A stretch of 64,000 nucleotides of DNA from Parcubacteria bacterium RAAC4_OD1_1 (GCA_000505065.1 AWSN01000001.1:196567-260566), one strand, 5' to 3'. Shown: positions 28,756 through 39,172, counted from the stretch's first letter. Translations and numbers: made by a program. The notes: generated from the letters alone by a model not told the origin.

Positions 28756-30633
28756 CTACTTCATCACCCCCCTCGTCATTTTACCCACGATACCATCACC
28801 TACAAGATTATTTGCAAGTTGGAATTTAATAACTGCTTGTTTGGTTTTGAGACCAAAGTAGGTAGTTTCGTTGTTTAATGATCCTGGTCCAGTTAGAGAT
28901 ACAGGATAATTGTGAGTATTTAGATATGATTGTAATTCTTTGACATCATTACCTATCATTTTGTATTTAAGGGTTCTTGTTTTATATTTGATTGTATTAA
29001 TGGGGCTATCTTTTTGATTTGGTGTATTAAAAGAAGTTATTACTTGATTGATTTGATTTGGATATTGTTTTAATAAATCGTTTGCTGTTTCAGTTTTTCC
29101 GATTGAAATTAAATTAATGTATCGTGATGATACAGTTGAACCAGAAGAACGACGAGGTCGTGTGGTTGAACCATTTGTTATCTCTATTGTATAGGATTTA
29201 CTATCTGTGAATGGTTCGATTGTTGATTCATCTGTCCAAGTATCACTTGCTTTGATGGTGAAAGTGTATGTTCCTGCTGTTGTTGGTGTACCGGATAATG
29301 TATCACTTGTTAGAGTTAATCCGTCTGGTAATGAACCACTTCCAACTTCATATGTGACTACCCCTTGATATCCGCTTGATTCAAAAGTTTTAGAATAAGC
29401 AGTACCTATTTCTCCATCATCTAATGAATCAGTATCTATTTTGATGAGATCAAAAATCATTATACGATTATTGTTATCATCAGCTATATATAAACGATTA
29501 TTTACATAATCATAAGCAGTTCCAGATGGAAAATTAAAATTATTTTGAGTTGTTCCATAAATAGCAGTAGTAAAATTAATTTGTCCTAAAATATTAATTG
29601 CATATTCACCATTCTCAATTGTGGTTGTATCAAAAACTAAAACACGTCCTAGCCCATCAGTAACAAATAAACGTTTATTTTCTTGATCAAAAGTTAGCCC
29701 ATAAGGACTTTCTGTACTTAAATTATATTGTGTTGTTCCTGAATCTGTAGTAGTAAAGTTTAATTGTCCTAGTACATTAATAGCATTTTCTCCGTTTTCT
29801 ATGGTTGCCATATCAAAGACCATAATACGACTATTATCTGAATCTCCCACATAAAGATAATTTCTATCAGAATCATAAGACAAACCTCCATAAGGATTAT
29901 TTAATCCATTTTGATTTGTGTTATAAGTATTTGTTGTAAAATCAGGTTGACCAAGGACATATGATGCATTCATGCCATTTGTAATATTTGAAACATTAAA
30001 AATCATTATGCGATTATTATTATAATCTCCAGCGTAAAGGCGATTATTAATTGAGTCATAAGCAAGATTAGCTGGGCCATTGAGACCATTTTGAGATGTT
30101 GCACTAGTGTTTGAGGTAAAATCAGGTTGACCAAGGACATATGATGCATTCATGCCATTGGTTATAGTTAATGTATCAAAAACTAAAATACGATTATACT
30201 CAGCAACAAATAAACGATTGTTTACTGAATCATAAGCTAACCCCCAAGGATAAGACATTTTACTTTGTGTCGTTCCAAAATCTATCGTATCAAAATCAGG
30301 TTGACCAAGGACATAGTCTGCATTGTGGTCTACAAGAGTACCATCTGTATTTAAATTGAAAACTAAAACTCTGTTATTAGATGAATCATTTACAAATAAT
30401 CTATGATGTACTGTATCTACTGCCATATCACCCTCGGGGTCATTTATAGCATTTACCCCAATAATATTCTCTGCATTATTTGCACTGCTTGTGGTCCACA
30501 CTGGTGTACCATCTATTGTATTTTGTCCAATAACATCTACAGCATTGTAAACATTAGCAAAAACATTGCTTGCGAAAGTTAATAAAAAAATTGTTAATAA
30601 AATATTTAAACCTTTTATATGTTTTATCATCAT
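28756..30633 (-). CDS. Secreted NHL-repeat protein with Ig-like domain and C-terminal peptidoglycan-binding domain
   Basis: Signal peptide. Six ~48-aa repeats (YVLGQPDFT..NGLN.P.GLAYD..NNRLYV.D..NNRIMIF, NHL-like). LPDGLTLTSDTLSGTPTTAGTYTF Ig-like segment. C-terminal PG_binding_1-like ...VGDGIVGKMT. Confidence 0.7.
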   Translation of the reverse strand: MMIKHIKGLNILLTIFLLTFASNVFANVYNAVDVIGQNTIDGTPVWTTSSANNAENIIGVNAINDPEGDMAVDTVHHRLFVNDSSNNRVLVFNLNTDGTLVDHNADYVLGQPDFDTIDFGTTQSKMSYPWGLAYDSVNNRLFVAEYNRILVFDTLTITNGMNASYVLGQPDFTSNTSATSQNGLNGPANLAYDSINNRLYAGDYNNNRIMIFNVSNITNGMNASYVLGQPDFTTNTYNTNQNGLNNPYGGLSYDSDRNYLYVGDSDNSRIMVFDMATIENGENAINVLGQLNFTTTDSGTTQYNLSTESPYGLTFDQENKRLFVTDGLGRVLVFDTTTIENGEYAINILGQINFTTAIYGTTQNNFNFPSGTAYDYVNNRLYIADDNNNRIMIFDLIKIDTDSLDDGEIGTAYSKTFESSGYQGVVTYEVGSGSLPDGLTLTSDTLSGTPTTAGTYTFTIKASDTWTDESTIEPFTDSKSYTIEITNGSTTRPRRSSGSTVSSRYINLISIGKTETANDLLKQYPNQINQVITSFNTPNQKDSPINTIKYKTRTLKYKMIGNDVKELQSYLNTHNYPVSLTGPGSLNNETTYFGLKTKQAVIKFQLANNLVGDGIVGKMTRGVMK

Positions 30634-30660
30634 AAAATCATATCATAATATATTATAAAT

Positions 30661-30691
30661 AAAAAGGGTAAGGTCTTCCCTTACCCTTTTT
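30661..30691. terminator. Rho-independent terminator after rplU
   Basis: AAAAAGGGTAAGG-TCTTC-CCTTACCCTTTTT, a perfect 13-bp stem with flanking A/T runs. Confidence 0.7.
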
Positions 30692-30694
30692 CAT

Positions 30695-31072
30695 CTATTT
30701 AATTGCTGAAATTTTGACTTCCGTAAATGGTTGTCTATGCCCATTTCTTTTTAAATATCTACTTTTTTGTTTGTATTTAACCACCTTAACCGTTTTTCCT
30801 TTTGCTGTTTTTATAAAAATTGATTCTACTTTTGCATTTGTGATATATGGTGAGCCAATAGTTGTATCTACCCCATTGTCTACAAGTAAAATTTTATCAA
30901 AAATTATTTTATCTCCAGCTTTAAATTCCCCGTCTAGTTTTTCAATACGAATAACTTCTCCTACGGAGACTTTGTATTGCTTTCCACCAGTTGCTATAAC
31001 TGCGAATTCTTGATTTTCCACCTTATTTTCTTTTATTGTTTTTGTTTCTTTTTTAACCATATAAATATTCAT
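30695..31072 (-). CDS. rplU: 50S ribosomal protein L21 with N-terminal extension
   Basis: FAVIATGGKQYKVSVGEVIRIEKL... is the L21 core. The first ~22 aa are an extension, or the true start lies downstream. Confidence 0.75.
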   Translation of the reverse strand: MNIYMVKKETKTIKENKVENQEFAVIATGGKQYKVSVGEVIRIEKLDGEFKAGDKIIFDKILLVDNGVDTTIGSPYITNAKVESIFIKTAKGKTVKVVKYKQKSRYLKRNGHRQPFTEVKISAIK

Positions 31073-31164
31073 TATTTAAACAAGGCCTTATTCATAAAAG
31101 GCACTAGAAACAATAATACACAAAAATTTGGAAAAAAGCAAGTCTTTGAGCTATACTACTATAT

Positions 31165-31899
31165 ATGATATGGAAATATAAGCATGGAAACGTTCTAATT
31201 ATGGATTTGGAATCACCTACTCAAAATGAAGCTAAATATATAGAAGAAGAATATCAGATTCCTGAATATTTTAGTAAAAAAATAATAATTAAAGATTATA
31301 TGCCCATCTTAGAAAGTGGAGAGGGTTTTATTTTTATGTCTTTTATTGTGCCATTTATAAATGGTAATGTTGGATTAAGTTTCTTGTCCGGAGATAATAT
31401 TTTAGTGATATCTCATAAGAAAAAATTAGAACCAATCCTTAAATATTATCAAGATTTAGAAATAGATTTAAGTTTAAATAAAATAAATATAGATGGTGTC
31501 AATAGTGACAGAATAATGGTAAATCTAATTAGTAAAATTTTTGAACATAAAATAAAATATTTAGAAAAAATTAAATTTATTTTAAAAAATAATATGGAAA
31601 ATAAAAATGGATCATATATAGATTTATCAGATTTTTTAAATAAATATGAAATTAATTTATCTTTGAGCAAAGATATAATAAAAGAGCTTGGTTCTGTGCT
31701 TAAACTAGAAAAAGTGCTAGATATACATTCATCTATAGTTAAACTAGAAGAAGAAATAAAAGTATATAAAAAAATTAACACATCCATATATTTAGATCAA
31801 ATGAAAGAAAAATCAATAAAAAATAAAATCAAAAAAAATTTCCTAATCTTTGTTTTACTAGTTTTCATTATTATGTTAATTTATTTAATATGGCTATAA
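31165..31899 (+). CDS. Hypothetical protein with single C-terminal TM helix (244 aa)
   Basis: Soluble N-domain plus C-terminal FLIFVLLVFIIMLIYLIWL. No confident family assignment. Overlaps cysS by 10 nt. Confidence 0.45.
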   Translation: MIWKYKHGNVLIMDLESPTQNEAKYIEEEYQIPEYFSKKIIIKDYMPILESGEGFIFMSFIVPFINGNVGLSFLSGDNILVISHKKKLEPILKYYQDLEIDLSLNKINIDGVNSDRIMVNLISKIFEHKIKYLEKIKFILKNNMENKNGSYIDLSDFLNKYEINLSLSKDIIKELGSVLKLEKVLDIHSSIVKLEEEIKVYKKINTSIYLDQMKEKSIKNKIKKNFLIFVLLVFIIMLIYLIWL

Positions 31900-33254
31900 A
31901 ATTTTATAATACATTGCACAGAAAAAAAGAAGTATTTAAATCTATCAAAAATAAAAAGGTTGGGCTTTATACGTGTGGTCCGACTGTTTACGATCTGCCC
32001 CATATTGGTAATTTCCGAGCTTATATATTTAGTGACCTTGTAAAAAGATATTTATTGTGGAAAGGATATGATGTAAAGCACATAATGAATATTACAGATA
32101 TAGACGATAAAACAATCAAAAAATCTATAGAACAAAATAAAAAACTTAAGGATATTACTGAATTTTATATTACTGAATTTTATAAAGATTGCAACAGTTT
32201 GAATATTTTAAAAGCAGATAAATACACAAAAGCTACTTCTTATATAGAAGAAATGATAAAAATGATAAATAACTTAATGAAAAAAGGCTATGCTTATAAG
32301 GTAGATGGTGGCTCAATTTATTTTGATATTCATAAATTTAAAGATTATGGCAAACTTTCAAACTTTAAATTAAAAGATTTGAAAACAAACGCAAAAGGAA
32401 GACTTAACAATAAAGATGAATACGGAAAAGATGATGTTAGGGATTTTGCATTATGGAAATCTTACGACAAAGAAGATGGGGAGATATATTTCGAATCTCC
32501 TTTTGGTCGTGGGCGTCCTGGCTGGCATATAGAATGCTCTGCAATGAGTACATATGAGCTTGGTAAAAATTTTGATATACATACAGGCGGAGTAGACAAT
32601 ATTTTCCCTCATCATGAGAATGAAATAGCTCAATCTAAATGTGGAACGGGTGGTGATTTTGTAAAATATTGGATGCACAATGAACACCTGCTAGTAGATG
32701 GTAAAAAGATGTCTAAATCTTTAGGAAATTTTTATACTCTTAGAGATTTGAATGAAAAAGATATAGACCCTATTGCTTTTAGATATTTTATTTATGGAAG
32801 TCATTATAGAAATAAAATAAACTTCACTTTAAATGCTCTATCGGGAGCAGAGAATGCTTTAAAAAAATTAAGGGAATTCTATCAAAATCTTCCTGTTGTT
32901 TTAAATACTAAAAAAATAAATAAATCTTATGCGGATAAATTTACTAAAGTTATGGATGATGATTTAAATACTTCAAAGGCTTTGGCTGTTGTATGGAATT
33001 TGGTAAAAGATAAAAAGATAAATGATAGTTCTAAAAAAGCGACACTCTTTTACTTTGATAAAGTCTTAGGATTTGATTTAGATAAAAAAGTTGATGAAAT
33101 AATTCCAGAAGAAATCAAAAAGATTGCCGAAGAAAGAGAGCTTGCTCGTAAAAATAAAGATTGGAGTAAAAGTGATAATCTACGAGAAGAAATAGCTTCA
33201 TTGGGTTATGAAATCAAAGATACTCAAGACGGATATAAAATAAATAAAAAATAA
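31890..33254 (+). CDS. cysS: Cysteinyl-tRNA synthetase
   Basis: CGPTVYDLPHIGN (HIGH region) and KMSKSLGN. 454 aa. Confidence 0.9.
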   Translation: MAIKFYNTLHRKKEVFKSIKNKKVGLYTCGPTVYDLPHIGNFRAYIFSDLVKRYLLWKGYDVKHIMNITDIDDKTIKKSIEQNKKLKDITEFYITEFYKDCNSLNILKADKYTKATSYIEEMIKMINNLMKKGYAYKVDGGSIYFDIHKFKDYGKLSNFKLKDLKTNAKGRLNNKDEYGKDDVRDFALWKSYDKEDGEIYFESPFGRGRPGWHIECSAMSTYELGKNFDIHTGGVDNIFPHHENEIAQSKCGTGGDFVKYWMHNEHLLVDGKKMSKSLGNFYTLRDLNEKDIDPIAFRYFIYGSHYRNKINFTLNALSGAENALKKLREFYQNLPVVLNTKKINKSYADKFTKVMDDDLNTSKALAVVWNLVKDKKINDSSKKATLFYFDKVLGFDLDKKVDEIIPEEIKKIAEERELARKNKDWSKSDNLREEIASLGYEIKDTQDGYKINKK

Positions 33255-33255
33255 A

Positions 33256-33287
33256 AGCGCTTTGTATATTTCAACAAAGCGCACTTA
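33256..33287. terminator. Hairpin after cysS
   Basis: AAGCGCTTTGT-ATATTTCA-ACAAAGCGC inverted repeat between convergent genes. Confidence 0.45.
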
Positions 33288-33302
33288 TCTTATACACTAA
33301 AA

Positions 33303-33467
33303 CTAATTATAATTGGTTTTAGTTTTTAGATTCTTTTCCATTCCTTCATCTAGAATGGTAATTTTTGTGGAATCACCAACCTCAATTAGATGATAAATGA
33401 ATTCATCTACCTCTTCATCAGAGTGTAGAAAATTGATCTGCTGTAAAAACTGAAAATCTGGAATCAT
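33303..33467 (-). CDS. Small hypothetical ORF (54 aa), below ORF-track threshold
   Basis: ATG..TAG ORF MIPDFQFLQQINFLHSDEEVDEFIYHLIEVGDSTKITILDEGMEKNLKTKTNYN, driven by an island-type promoter at 33511..33540. Confidence 0.25.
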   Translation of the reverse strand: MIPDFQFLQQINFLHSDEEVDEFIYHLIEVGDSTKITILDEGMEKNLKTKTNYN

Positions 33468-33510
33468 ATGTTTAGAATTTAAAAATTAATTTCAAAAGAA
33501 CTATAGTTAT

Positions 33511-33540
33511 ATTATATCACACAAATAACCTATTTGTCAA
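33511..33540 (-). promoter_or_regulatory. Island-type promoter module (TTGACA-N18-TATAAT plus AACTATAGTTCTTT)
   Basis: Minus strand reads TTGACAAATAGGTTATTTGTGTGATATAATATAACTATAGTTCTTTTG. Same architecture as the promoters at 4800 and 5544. Confidence 0.5.
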
Positions 33541-33543
33541 TAC

Positions 33544-35232
33544 CTATTTTGCACTAGGTAACTCCACATAGAAAGTCGAGCCTTTATTCTCCCCTTCCGA
33601 TTCTACCCAAATCTTACCACTATGAGCTTTCACTATCTCCTTAGCAAGATAAAGTCCTAGACCTGAACCCCCAGTATTCATCCTAGCCCCTTCCCCCCTT
33701 TCAAATTTACTAAATAAATTATCTTTTTCTTTTTTATTTTTTATACCAATTCCAGTATCTTTCACATTAATTAAAATATGATCATCTCTATTTTCCATAA
33801 AAATATTTATTTCCCCTTCTTTAGTATATTTAATAGAATTATCTATAAGATTTATAAATACTTGCCTTATTTTATCTTTATCTCCATATGTATGATAATT
33901 TCCATTTAATTCTTTATTAAATGTTATTTTAAGTCCTTTTTTTTCCGCAGTAATACTTAAATCTTTAGAAACCTCTTCAAGAATGACCCCAATATCAAAA
34001 TTTTCTTTCTGATATTGCATACCACCAGATTCAATTTTAGAAACATTAAGTAAATCTTCAACTGTTATAACCAAGCTACTACTTGATTCTAATATTCTGT
34101 CTAATATTTCCTTTGTTTTATTATTTATCTTTCCATAATCCCCTTCAAGCACCATAGAAGCATATCCCTTTATTGCTGTGAGTGGACTCCTCAATTGATG
34201 TGAAGCAAGTGAAAGGAATTCTGTTTTTAATTTATCTAATTCTTTTAATCTATCATTTGCAATTTCTAAACTAAAATTTGATTCTTCTAATCTTCCTTTT
34301 GATTTTTCAAGCTGATCAGAAAGATTCTCAATATATATTCTTTGGTCAGATTCTTTTTTTAGATTTTTAAAAAGTATATAAATAAGAGCAGAAGAAAGTA
34401 TGAGTGTGACAAGGGTAAGTACCCTATCAGTTCCACTTGAAACAAAGAATAGCTGAACTGCCATTAAAATCACAAAACCAAAAACTGTAAAATAGGTACT
34501 AATAATTTTAAGATTAAAGATATCTAAACTAAAAATGGAATAAGTCATAACCATTAAAAATATTGGGGTGGCAAAAAGAGCATATAGATTAATTTCATAA
34601 AAAGCAGTTGTTGTTGCAAGATATGTACTAACACTAAAAATTAACAGAAATACAAACATTGATAGATTAACAAATAGATGTGATTTTCTATTAGAATTAA
34701 TTTTGTTTTTAAATAATGGTAATAATAAATAAAATAATATAAATAATAATGATGCTAATTCTAAATAAAATCTATAATTTAGTAAAAAATTATTATTTAA
34801 AGCTTCACAGACTGGATAATCAAACCCTATTAGTGATTTTTGAATAATAGTTATACTTGCTGGAATTAATGCTAATAAAAACAAGAGGATCTTGTAAAAA
34901 ATCTTAATATCTTGACCCTTATTAAGTACAATCACAAAATAAACACCTAATAAATAAAATACTATTTCTACATAATCAATAGGAGCCCACAAAGAATAAA
35001 CTAAAAAGTAATTATTAGATACCCATGTTACTAGGTCTAATATTAGCCAGATGGAAAATGTAACAGAAAATCCTAAAAATATTTTTGATAAAATATTTTT
35101 TTTAGATTTTAAAATAACTAAAATAGATAGTGATAATATAAAAAATATAGGGATTAGATGCGAATAATAAGCTATAGGTCTAGATACTTCTGTTGTTATA
35201 AAACAAGTATTGATTAAAGAGTTGAATTCCAT
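33544..35232 (-). CDS. Sensor histidine kinase with ~8-TM N-terminal receptor domain (orphan, no adjacent response regulator)
   Basis: HisKA H-box LASHQLRSPLTAIKGYASM. HATPase_c motifs DTGIGI and GGSGLGLYLAKEIV. Confidence 0.8.
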   Translation of the reverse strand: MEFNSLINTCFITTEVSRPIAYYSHLIPIFFILSLSILVILKSKKNILSKIFLGFSVTFSIWLILDLVTWVSNNYFLVYSLWAPIDYVEIVFYLLGVYFVIVLNKGQDIKIFYKILLFLLALIPASITIIQKSLIGFDYPVCEALNNNFLLNYRFYLELASLLFILFYLLLPLFKNKINSNRKSHLFVNLSMFVFLLIFSVSTYLATTTAFYEINLYALFATPIFLMVMTYSIFSLDIFNLKIISTYFTVFGFVILMAVQLFFVSSGTDRVLTLVTLILSSALIYILFKNLKKESDQRIYIENLSDQLEKSKGRLEESNFSLEIANDRLKELDKLKTEFLSLASHQLRSPLTAIKGYASMVLEGDYGKINNKTKEILDRILESSSSLVITVEDLLNVSKIESGGMQYQKENFDIGVILEEVSKDLSITAEKKGLKITFNKELNGNYHTYGDKDKIRQVFINLIDNSIKYTKEGEINIFMENRDDHILINVKDTGIGIKNKKEKDNLFSKFERGEGARMNTGGSGLGLYLAKEIVKAHSGKIWVESEGENKGSTFYVELPSAK

Positions 35233-35241
35233 TTTATTTTT

Positions 35242-36051
35242 TTAATTATTACTAATAAATGATTTAATCTTAATATCGTGAGAATGCCAATGAAAATCTT
35301 CTTCCACATCTAGATCCATTGGAGGGATTGGAATAATTAGTGGTTTTAGCCCTGTTAATTTAGAAACCTTTATAAAAGCAGGAATTAAAACATTTTTTGT
35401 AAACTCTCCTTCATTTTCTCCTAATAAAAAATTTTCAAAAAGAACACCGTGATAAATAAAAAGTAATAAAAAATTAGTATAATAATCAATTGCTTTTCCT
35501 CCATTTTTTTTAAACCAATCTGATGCTTCAAAAAATATATTATCATTAAAATGATAATTGTAATGATTAAAAAGTTTATGATGAAAATTAATTAAAGACT
35601 CGTTATTTTGAGTACTCACTTCTTTTAATTTTTTACCATTATATTTATTAAAATCTACTATAGTTACTTTCTCTTCTATGTTTTCACCATTTTTATTTGG
35701 TATATTTTTATGAAGTCTTAGTTGACCAAGTGAATGCTTATAACTATTATTAGATGTAAATTTATCATCCCCATATTCAAAGAATATTGGATTTAATTCA
35801 AAAATAGAACAAATATCAATAAATGATCTCATTTCGTAATTTGGTGTAGCCACCTGCCTAAACATAACAGCGTTATTTAAATTATTTCTTAATGGCTCTG
35901 GAATATTAAAATCTAAAATATTATTTATCTTTTCAGATAAAGTTTTATCTTCTTTTCTTTTTTTTAATTCAATTAAAGCCTCTGATAACGGAGTGTATAT
36001 CATCTTATGAAAAATTTCTCTATTTTTTATTATATGTTCAATATCCTCCAT
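35242..36051 (-). CDS. Hypothetical protein (269 aa)
   Basis: Full ORF, no recognisable motif. In a co-directional run with HK, EamA and polyamine genes. Confidence 0.45.
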   Translation of the reverse strand: MEDIEHIIKNREIFHKMIYTPLSEALIELKKRKEDKTLSEKINNILDFNIPEPLRNNLNNAVMFRQVATPNYEMRSFIDICSIFELNPIFFEYGDDKFTSNNSYKHSLGQLRLHKNIPNKNGENIEEKVTIVDFNKYNGKKLKEVSTQNNESLINFHHKLFNHYNYHFNDNIFFEASDWFKKNGGKAIDYYTNFLLLFIYHGVLFENFLLGENEGEFTKNVLIPAFIKVSKLTGLKPLIIPIPPMDLDVEEDFHWHSHDIKIKSFISNN

Positions 36052-36060
36052 ATATAATAT

Positions 36061-36444
36061 TTACTGAGTTATTATACTGCAAATTTCACCCATTTCTTCA
36101 TCTAAAATACAGTCTATTTTATTACATTCTATGAGTCCACCTTCACACATAAGCTTGCAGTCTTCATTTGGGCACTTATTGAAATCATAAGCTTTTAAAC
36201 TATACCTCTTGAAAGATTTAAGTTGATTGGGTGGACAATCATCAGGATTTGAACAATCTCTTATTGTGCAAATTTCTAAATTTGAATCACATGGTATCTC
36301 TATTATAAAATCAAAATCTTTTTTAAAATAAAAAAAATAAAAACCAGATAATATGACTATTAAAAATAGTAATATATTTATTAGAGTAAATATTGTTAAG
36401 AATTTCTTAGGTTTAACTTCTGAAACAGATATCTTATCTTCCAT
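36061..36444 (-). CDS. Membrane-anchored cysteine-rich small protein
   Basis: One TM helix followed by ~80 extracytoplasmic residues containing 14 Cys (CDSNLEICTIRDCSNPDDCPPNQ...). Confidence 0.45.
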   Translation of the reverse strand: MEDKISVSEVKPKKFLTIFTLINILLFLIVILSGFYFFYFKKDFDFIIEIPCDSNLEICTIRDCSNPDDCPPNQLKSFKRYSLKAYDFNKCPNEDCKLMCEGGLIECNKIDCILDEEMGEICSIITQ

Positions 36445-36461
36445 ATAAATATTGTATCATA

Positions 36462-37382
36462 TTACTTTAGTAATAAAAAGCTTCCGATTATCATAATAAC
36501 TATTGCAATTATTTTAGGAATAAGAACTTCTTTAGACAAATCTTCTTTTAATATTTTAGGAAAAAATTTTGTGGTAAAGATAGTTAACACTAAAAGAATT
36601 GCTGGCTGGAAGCTACTTACAAGATAAACCATAGTAATAGGTGCAAGCATTATGGCAAAATTAGTAAGGATATTTCCGGAGACACTCATAAGCTCACTTA
36701 CTATATTGATTATAAAAATCTTTTTTCCACCAGTTTTATTCATATAATTAAATTCATTTCTATATTTATGAGAAAAAAGATATATAAGAAGCCCCACAAA
36801 TCCTAAACTTAAATATTCCCAAAAAGATGATACCCAAAAATTACCATCTATTGTTACAAATTTAAATAAAAACCCGGCAATAGCAATAGCAAGTGAAGCA
36901 AAAAGCATATAAAAAGCAGGCTTCTTTTTAAACCTCCTCTTTCCTTCTTTAAAATCAAAAGAAATAATAATAGAACCAAGAAGTACAACAATAGACCCTA
37001 AAATTTGTCCACGAGTTAAAATTTCTCCAAGAAAAAAATAACCCAAGAAATAACCAAAAATAGGTACAGTAAGAAACCAAGGCACCACAGAAGACACATC
37101 TTCTATCTCAAGTGCATAAAGATAAAATACTATCCACACTATTGTGAGCCCTCCACAAATAAAAAGAATTAATTTATCTATATTGGGGATATCAAATATA
37201 CCTTTTATAAATATAAAAATAAAAAATGCTATAAATAACCCAATTAAACTAGAAAAAAGGACCAACCCTCCTGAGGTTCGCTCTTTTTCTTTTTGTGAAA
37301 ATCTTTGGACTAAATAATTATCTGCGACATTTACTACCGCCCAAAGTATTGGTGCCACAAGGGCAATCAAAAACCAATTCAT
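36462..37382 (-). CDS. EamA/DMT-superfamily transporter
   Basis: 10 predicted TM helices in a duplicated 5+5 EamA architecture. Confidence 0.75.
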   Translation of the reverse strand: MNWFLIALVAPILWAVVNVADNYLVQRFSQKEKERTSGGLVLFSSLIGLFIAFFIFIFIKGIFDIPNIDKLILFICGGLTIVWIVFYLYALEIEDVSSVVPWFLTVPIFGYFLGYFFLGEILTRGQILGSIVVLLGSIIISFDFKEGKRRFKKKPAFYMLFASLAIAIAGFLFKFVTIDGNFWVSSFWEYLSLGFVGLLIYLFSHKYRNEFNYMNKTGGKKIFIINIVSELMSVSGNILTNFAIMLAPITMVYLVSSFQPAILLVLTIFTTKFFPKILKEDLSKEVLIPKIIAIVIMIIGSFLLLK

Positions 37383-37427
37383 AATTTTATTGTGAGCTCA
37401 ATTTATTATATGGTAATTTATTCATAT

Positions 37428-37940
37428 CTATTTATTATCTTTAATCCAAATTTTTAAAAAATTAAATCTCTCTTTCCAAAACTTTTTCCAACCCATATCT
37501 TGATTTTCCATAATCTCTTGAAAATAAATATTATTTATAATTGTAAAAATTTCTTTAGCTTCTTCTATTTCTGTTTTTGGAAAATATTTATCTTTATAAA
37601 TACTTTTTCTAAACATAAAATGATTCGTCTCATGACAAATAGTCCTTATTGGTGTTTGAGTTGAAGCAGATATAGATATACCCTCTTCTATGTCCATAGA
37701 ATATGGAGTAGAATTTAAAAAACATTTAAAATTTTTAGGTAAATCTGCTTTAAAAATTTCACTCATTCTAGATATAAAAAATTTCTCAACCTCTGGTGTC
37801 CAGACTAATTCAAATTTACCAATAATTTCATTATCTACAGGAAAAATTCCAGTCTTTTTTTCTTGGTCAAAAATCAATTCACAAGCATTAATCTTTTCTT
37901 GGCATTTCTCATCTATTTTTTTATCATAAATAAACTCCAT
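37428..37940 (-). CDS. Hypothetical small protein with HExxH motif (putative metallopeptidase-like)
   Basis: RTICHETNHFMF contains HETNH. 170 aa, no signal peptide. Confidence 0.45.
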   Translation of the reverse strand: MEFIYDKKIDEKCQEKINACELIFDQEKKTGIFPVDNEIIGKFELVWTPEVEKFFISRMSEIFKADLPKNFKCFLNSTPYSMDIEEGISISASTQTPIRTICHETNHFMFRKSIYKDKYFPKTEIEEAKEIFTIINNIYFQEIMENQDMGWKKFWKERFNFLKIWIKDNK

Positions 37941-38004
37941 AACTTAATTATACATCAAATAAAAAGAGCAGCAAGGATTCAATATCTACATTCCTAGATT
38001 ATTT

Positions 38005-39057
38005 TTATATATAATCCTGCATTGTTAGGCAATGTATCGCTCCACCGCCTATTATTAATTGAGAACAATCAATGCCAATTACTTTATGTTTTTTAAATAA
38101 TGATTGGATTATCTTCATAGCTTTTTTGTCGTTTGGGTCATTAAAAACAGACATTAAAATTACAGAATTTCCAATATAAAAATTAGCATAAGACACTGGG
38201 GCCTTCTCTCCATTTTTATAATTCATATGAGGCATTGGAAGTTTGACTAATTTAAATTTTTTACCTTTTTCATTAGTGGCTTTTTTAAACCTATTATAAT
38301 TTTCTTTCAAAATATTATAATTTTCATCTTTTTTATTATTTTCATAGGCACAGACGATAGTATTTGAGTTCACAAATCGAGCTATTTCATCTATATGCCC
38401 ATCTGTATGATCATTTGTAAGTCCATCTTTGAGCCAAATTATATTTTCAGCCCCGAGATACGCCTTTAAATAAATCTCTGTACGACTTCGATCTAAATCA
38501 GGATTCCTATTTGGATTCAAAAGGCACTGTTCTGTAGTCATAATTGTTCCCTTACCATTTGATTCTACCGCTCCACCTTCTAAAATTATTTCGGGCTTAA
38601 AAACCTCATATTTAGATTTATCTAAAATATCATTGAAAACCTTATCGTCTTTTAATAAATCCGCAAAAAATGGATCATCACCCTTACCATAAGCATTATA
38701 ATTCCATTTTACAAAAGCCAATTTATCATTTTTTTTATTAAACAAAGTTATAGGAGCATAATCCCTTACCCAAACATCTGCATAATCAGGTTTTATATAA
38801 AAAGTAATATTTTTTATATTGATTCCATAATTGATAAACAATTTTGAAATTCTCTCTTTTTCAAATTCACTTAAGATAATTAATTTTATTTTTTCACTTA
38901 CTTCTATTTTTTTTATTATCTCACAATAAGTATCTTCAATTTCACTTAAAATATTAGGGAAAGTAATATCTCCATATGGCCAAGCAAGCCAAACAGCTGA
39001 ATGCTTTTCCCATTCTGCTGGCATATAGTATCCTAGTTCTTTTGGAATTATAATCAT
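38005..39057 (-). CDS. aguA: Agmatine deiminase
   Basis: PAD_porph family. MPAEWEKHSAVWLAWPY N-terminus and GGGAIHCLTMQ catalytic-Cys C-terminus. Confidence 0.85.
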   Translation of the reverse strand: MIIIPKELGYYMPAEWEKHSAVWLAWPYGDITFPNILSEIEDTYCEIIKKIEVSEKIKLIILSEFEKERISKLFINYGINIKNITFYIKPDYADVWVRDYAPITLFNKKNDKLAFVKWNYNAYGKGDDPFFADLLKDDKVFNDILDKSKYEVFKPEIILEGGAVESNGKGTIMTTEQCLLNPNRNPDLDRSRTEIYLKAYLGAENIIWLKDGLTNDHTDGHIDEIARFVNSNTIVCAYENNKKDENYNILKENYNRFKKATNEKGKKFKLVKLPMPHMNYKNGEKAPVSYANFYIGNSVILMSVFNDPNDKKAMKIIQSLFKKHKVIGIDCSQLIIGGGAIHCLTMQDYI

Positions 39058-39073
39058 ATTGTTCTAAAGGTGG

Positions 39074-39157
39074 AACAAATTATTTTATGAAAAAATGTCT
39101 GGCACTGGCTCCCGCCCCCCTCGTCCGAGAACTTTTTCAGAGAATTTAATTTGTGTA
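39074..39157 (-). repeat. MITE-like TIR element, copy A (in the 5' leader of aguA)
   Basis: Terminal inverted repeats AACAAATTATTTTATGAAAAAATGTC ... GACTTTTTCAGAGAATTTAATTTGTGT. Core GGCACTGGCTCCCGCCCCCCTCGTCC. Ends ~17 nt before the aguA ATG. Confidence 0.7.
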
Positions 39158-39172
39158 ACTTTTTTATATTAT

